33,963 nt of DNA from a virus. Taxonomy: Duplodnaviria > Caudoviricetes. The stretch is taken from positions 1 to 33,963 of the IMG/VR virus record IMGVR_UViG_3300023107_000066, one strand, 5' to 3'. Both the position numbers and the translations under genes were made by a program. Below are positions 32,638-33,963 of this stretch, one piece after another. The notes below the pieces were generated by a model. That model was given only the letters and a program-made list of their open reading frames with translations, was not told where the DNA came from and did not search any database. Within the stretch, counting starts at the first letter, position 1. Each line of letters starts with the position of its first letter.

Positions 32638-33963
32638 CTACCAGGTCGGCGTGCTGTTGTAGCAGTCGCCGAGCACCTCTTTCCAGGCCGCCAGCACCTT
32701 CGGCGCTACCCGCCGCACCTTGTCCTTGGCGTAACGGTCGGTAATATCCTTGCTCGTATGCCCCAGCACGAAGCTGGACAGCGACTTGTCGCCGTCGGAA
32801 CCCTCAAGCAATAGCGAGGCGCAGGTGTGGCGGGCCGTGTGGGTAGTAATGATCTCGTGCACGGGTCGGTGCTTGTCGGTCACGGCGCCGCCGCTGATGT
32901 GCATGATGTTGAACTTGCGCGTGAGCCCGGCCGCTTTGGCCACCTCCTTGATAACGCGGTTGCGGTACTGGTTTGTACGGATGGGCAACTGCCAGTTCCA
33001 CCGCTCGCCGATGGCCAGCGCCAGCGGAGGCAGCGGGGCCAGGGTGAGCTGGGTGGTTTTCTTCTGGGCGTGGCGCAGGCAGGTGATGATGCCCTCGGCC
33101 GTATCGACTGCCTCCAGCTGCAGGGCCGACAGACTTTCCATATCCGCATCCCGCCGGCCGGCGAAGCATTCGAGTAGCCACCGGTCCCGCTCCTCGGTCA
33201 GGGCCGCCGTAGGCATACGCGCCCGGATCAGCTGCTGGAGCTCTTCCTTATGCAGGTCGAGCTGCGCGGCGCTGTTCTCCTGGTAGCGCAGCCATTTGAC
33301 ATCGGCCGGGATGCCCGTACGGTTGCCCACGATGCGCAGCCATTTGAACTCCCGCGAAATTGTGGCGTCGGAGCTGCCCTTCTTGAGCAGGAAGCGCAGG
33401 TAGTCCTTGGTAAAGGCCTCATCCAGGTCGGCCGCCCGGGCCTTGGGCCGGAACGCCTGGAGCAGCTTGGCCACCGACTTGAATTTGTGCAGGTAGGCCG
33501 GCTTGAGAATGCCCTGGTTTTCGGCCACCCACTGTTCGTAGTGCTGCACGAAGTTCAGTGTGCGCGGGTCGGCTACGACCGGCTTCTTCTTGATTTCGCT
33601 CTCGGCTTCCGGGAACAGGTGCGCCTCCATCATCTCCCGCGTGACCTCCTGCATGCCGCCCGGGCCGGCGAGCGTGCGGAAGGCGTCACGCACGCGGGTT
33701 TCCCAGTGGGCCAGCCGCTCGTTAATGACGGCTGCCTCGGGGTGGTTGGCCGTCACGCGCATCGTGTCCGGGTCCCAGAGCTTTTCCGGCTTGCGGCCGG
33801 GCAGCTCGCGCGTGGGCAGGATGCGCACGCCGGGAAAGACCGAAAATTCGGTACCGTGGAAGTAGGCAATCATGCGCGTGGCGTAGGTTCCGGCCGCATC
33901 CAGGCGCCGGAGCTTGACGTGCAGCGTAATCTTGTTGAGCGGGAGTCGGGGGCGGTTTGGCAT
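32638..33963 (-). CDS. int: Tyrosine integrase with N-terminal arm-binding and SAM-like domains
   Basis: Catalytic set CFAGRRDAD (R), QKKT (K), HTARH, VLGH, TDRYA (Y); Bacteroidota-type architecture. Confidence 0.92.
   Translation of the reverse strand: MPNRPRLPLNKITLHVKLRRLDAAGTYATRMIAYFHGTEFSVFPGVRILPTRELPGRKPEKLWDPDTMRVTANHPEAAVINERLAHWETRVRDAFRTLAGPGGMQEVTREMMEAHLFPEAESEIKKKPVVADPRTLNFVQHYEQWVAENQGILKPAYLHKFKSVAKLLQAFRPKARAADLDEAFTKDYLRFLLKKGSSDATISREFKWLRIVGNRTGIPADVKWLRYQENSAAQLDLHKEELQQLIRARMPTAALTEERDRWLLECFAGRRDADMESLSALQLEAVDTAEGIITCLRHAQKKTTQLTLAPLPPLALAIGERWNWQLPIRTNQYRNRVIKEVAKAAGLTRKFNIMHISGGAVTDKHRPVHEIITTHTARHTCASLLLEGSDGDKSLSSFVLGHTSKDITDRYAKDKVRRVAPKVLAAWKEVLGDCYNSTPTW

Larger units (their letters stand above)
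1..33963. mobile_element. Temperate siphovirus-like (pro)phage, late region plus integrase
   Basis: Terminase, portal, capsid, tape measure, lysis and integrase genes; no host housekeeping genes; no tail sheath recognised. Confidence 0.95.

Noticed and set aside
1-33963. CRISPR array, tRNA, diversity-generating retroelement, IS element, tail sheath
   Set aside because: No repeat-spacer array, cloverleaf, reverse transcriptase, template/variable repeat pair, transposase or sheath gene recognised by eye

Overview
The window is the packaging, head, tail, lysis and integrase half of a temperate siphovirus-like (pro)phage. It is GC-rich, and the host is probably a high-GC Bacteroidota (Hymenobacter-like). 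That host call is an inference from SD-less pyrimidine-rich leaders, a TAnnTTTG promoter element, Bacteroidota-type lipoproteins and an arm-binding tyrosine integrase. Gene order: HNH nuclease, TerS, five small inserted ORFs (including a GNAT), TerL, probable tail tube, portal, scaffold, major capsid, head-tail genes, an AT-rich moron plus a lipoprotein, a tape measure gene on the opposite strand, a tail chaperone with a -1 frameshift, tail and fibre proteins, a lysis cassette (u-spanin-like protein, holin, TIGR02594-like endolysin), small accessory ORFs and an integrase. Two non-coding systems stand out. The first is a 25-bp pseudo-palindromic box found four times, each oriented toward a late gene block, including the inverted tape measure gene. 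The second is a set of hairpins that share an ACGGGAC loop but have different stems. They cluster in the scaffold and capsid leaders, next to a protein with a duplicated small helical domain. All protein calls come from motif recognition and gene context; no searches were run.
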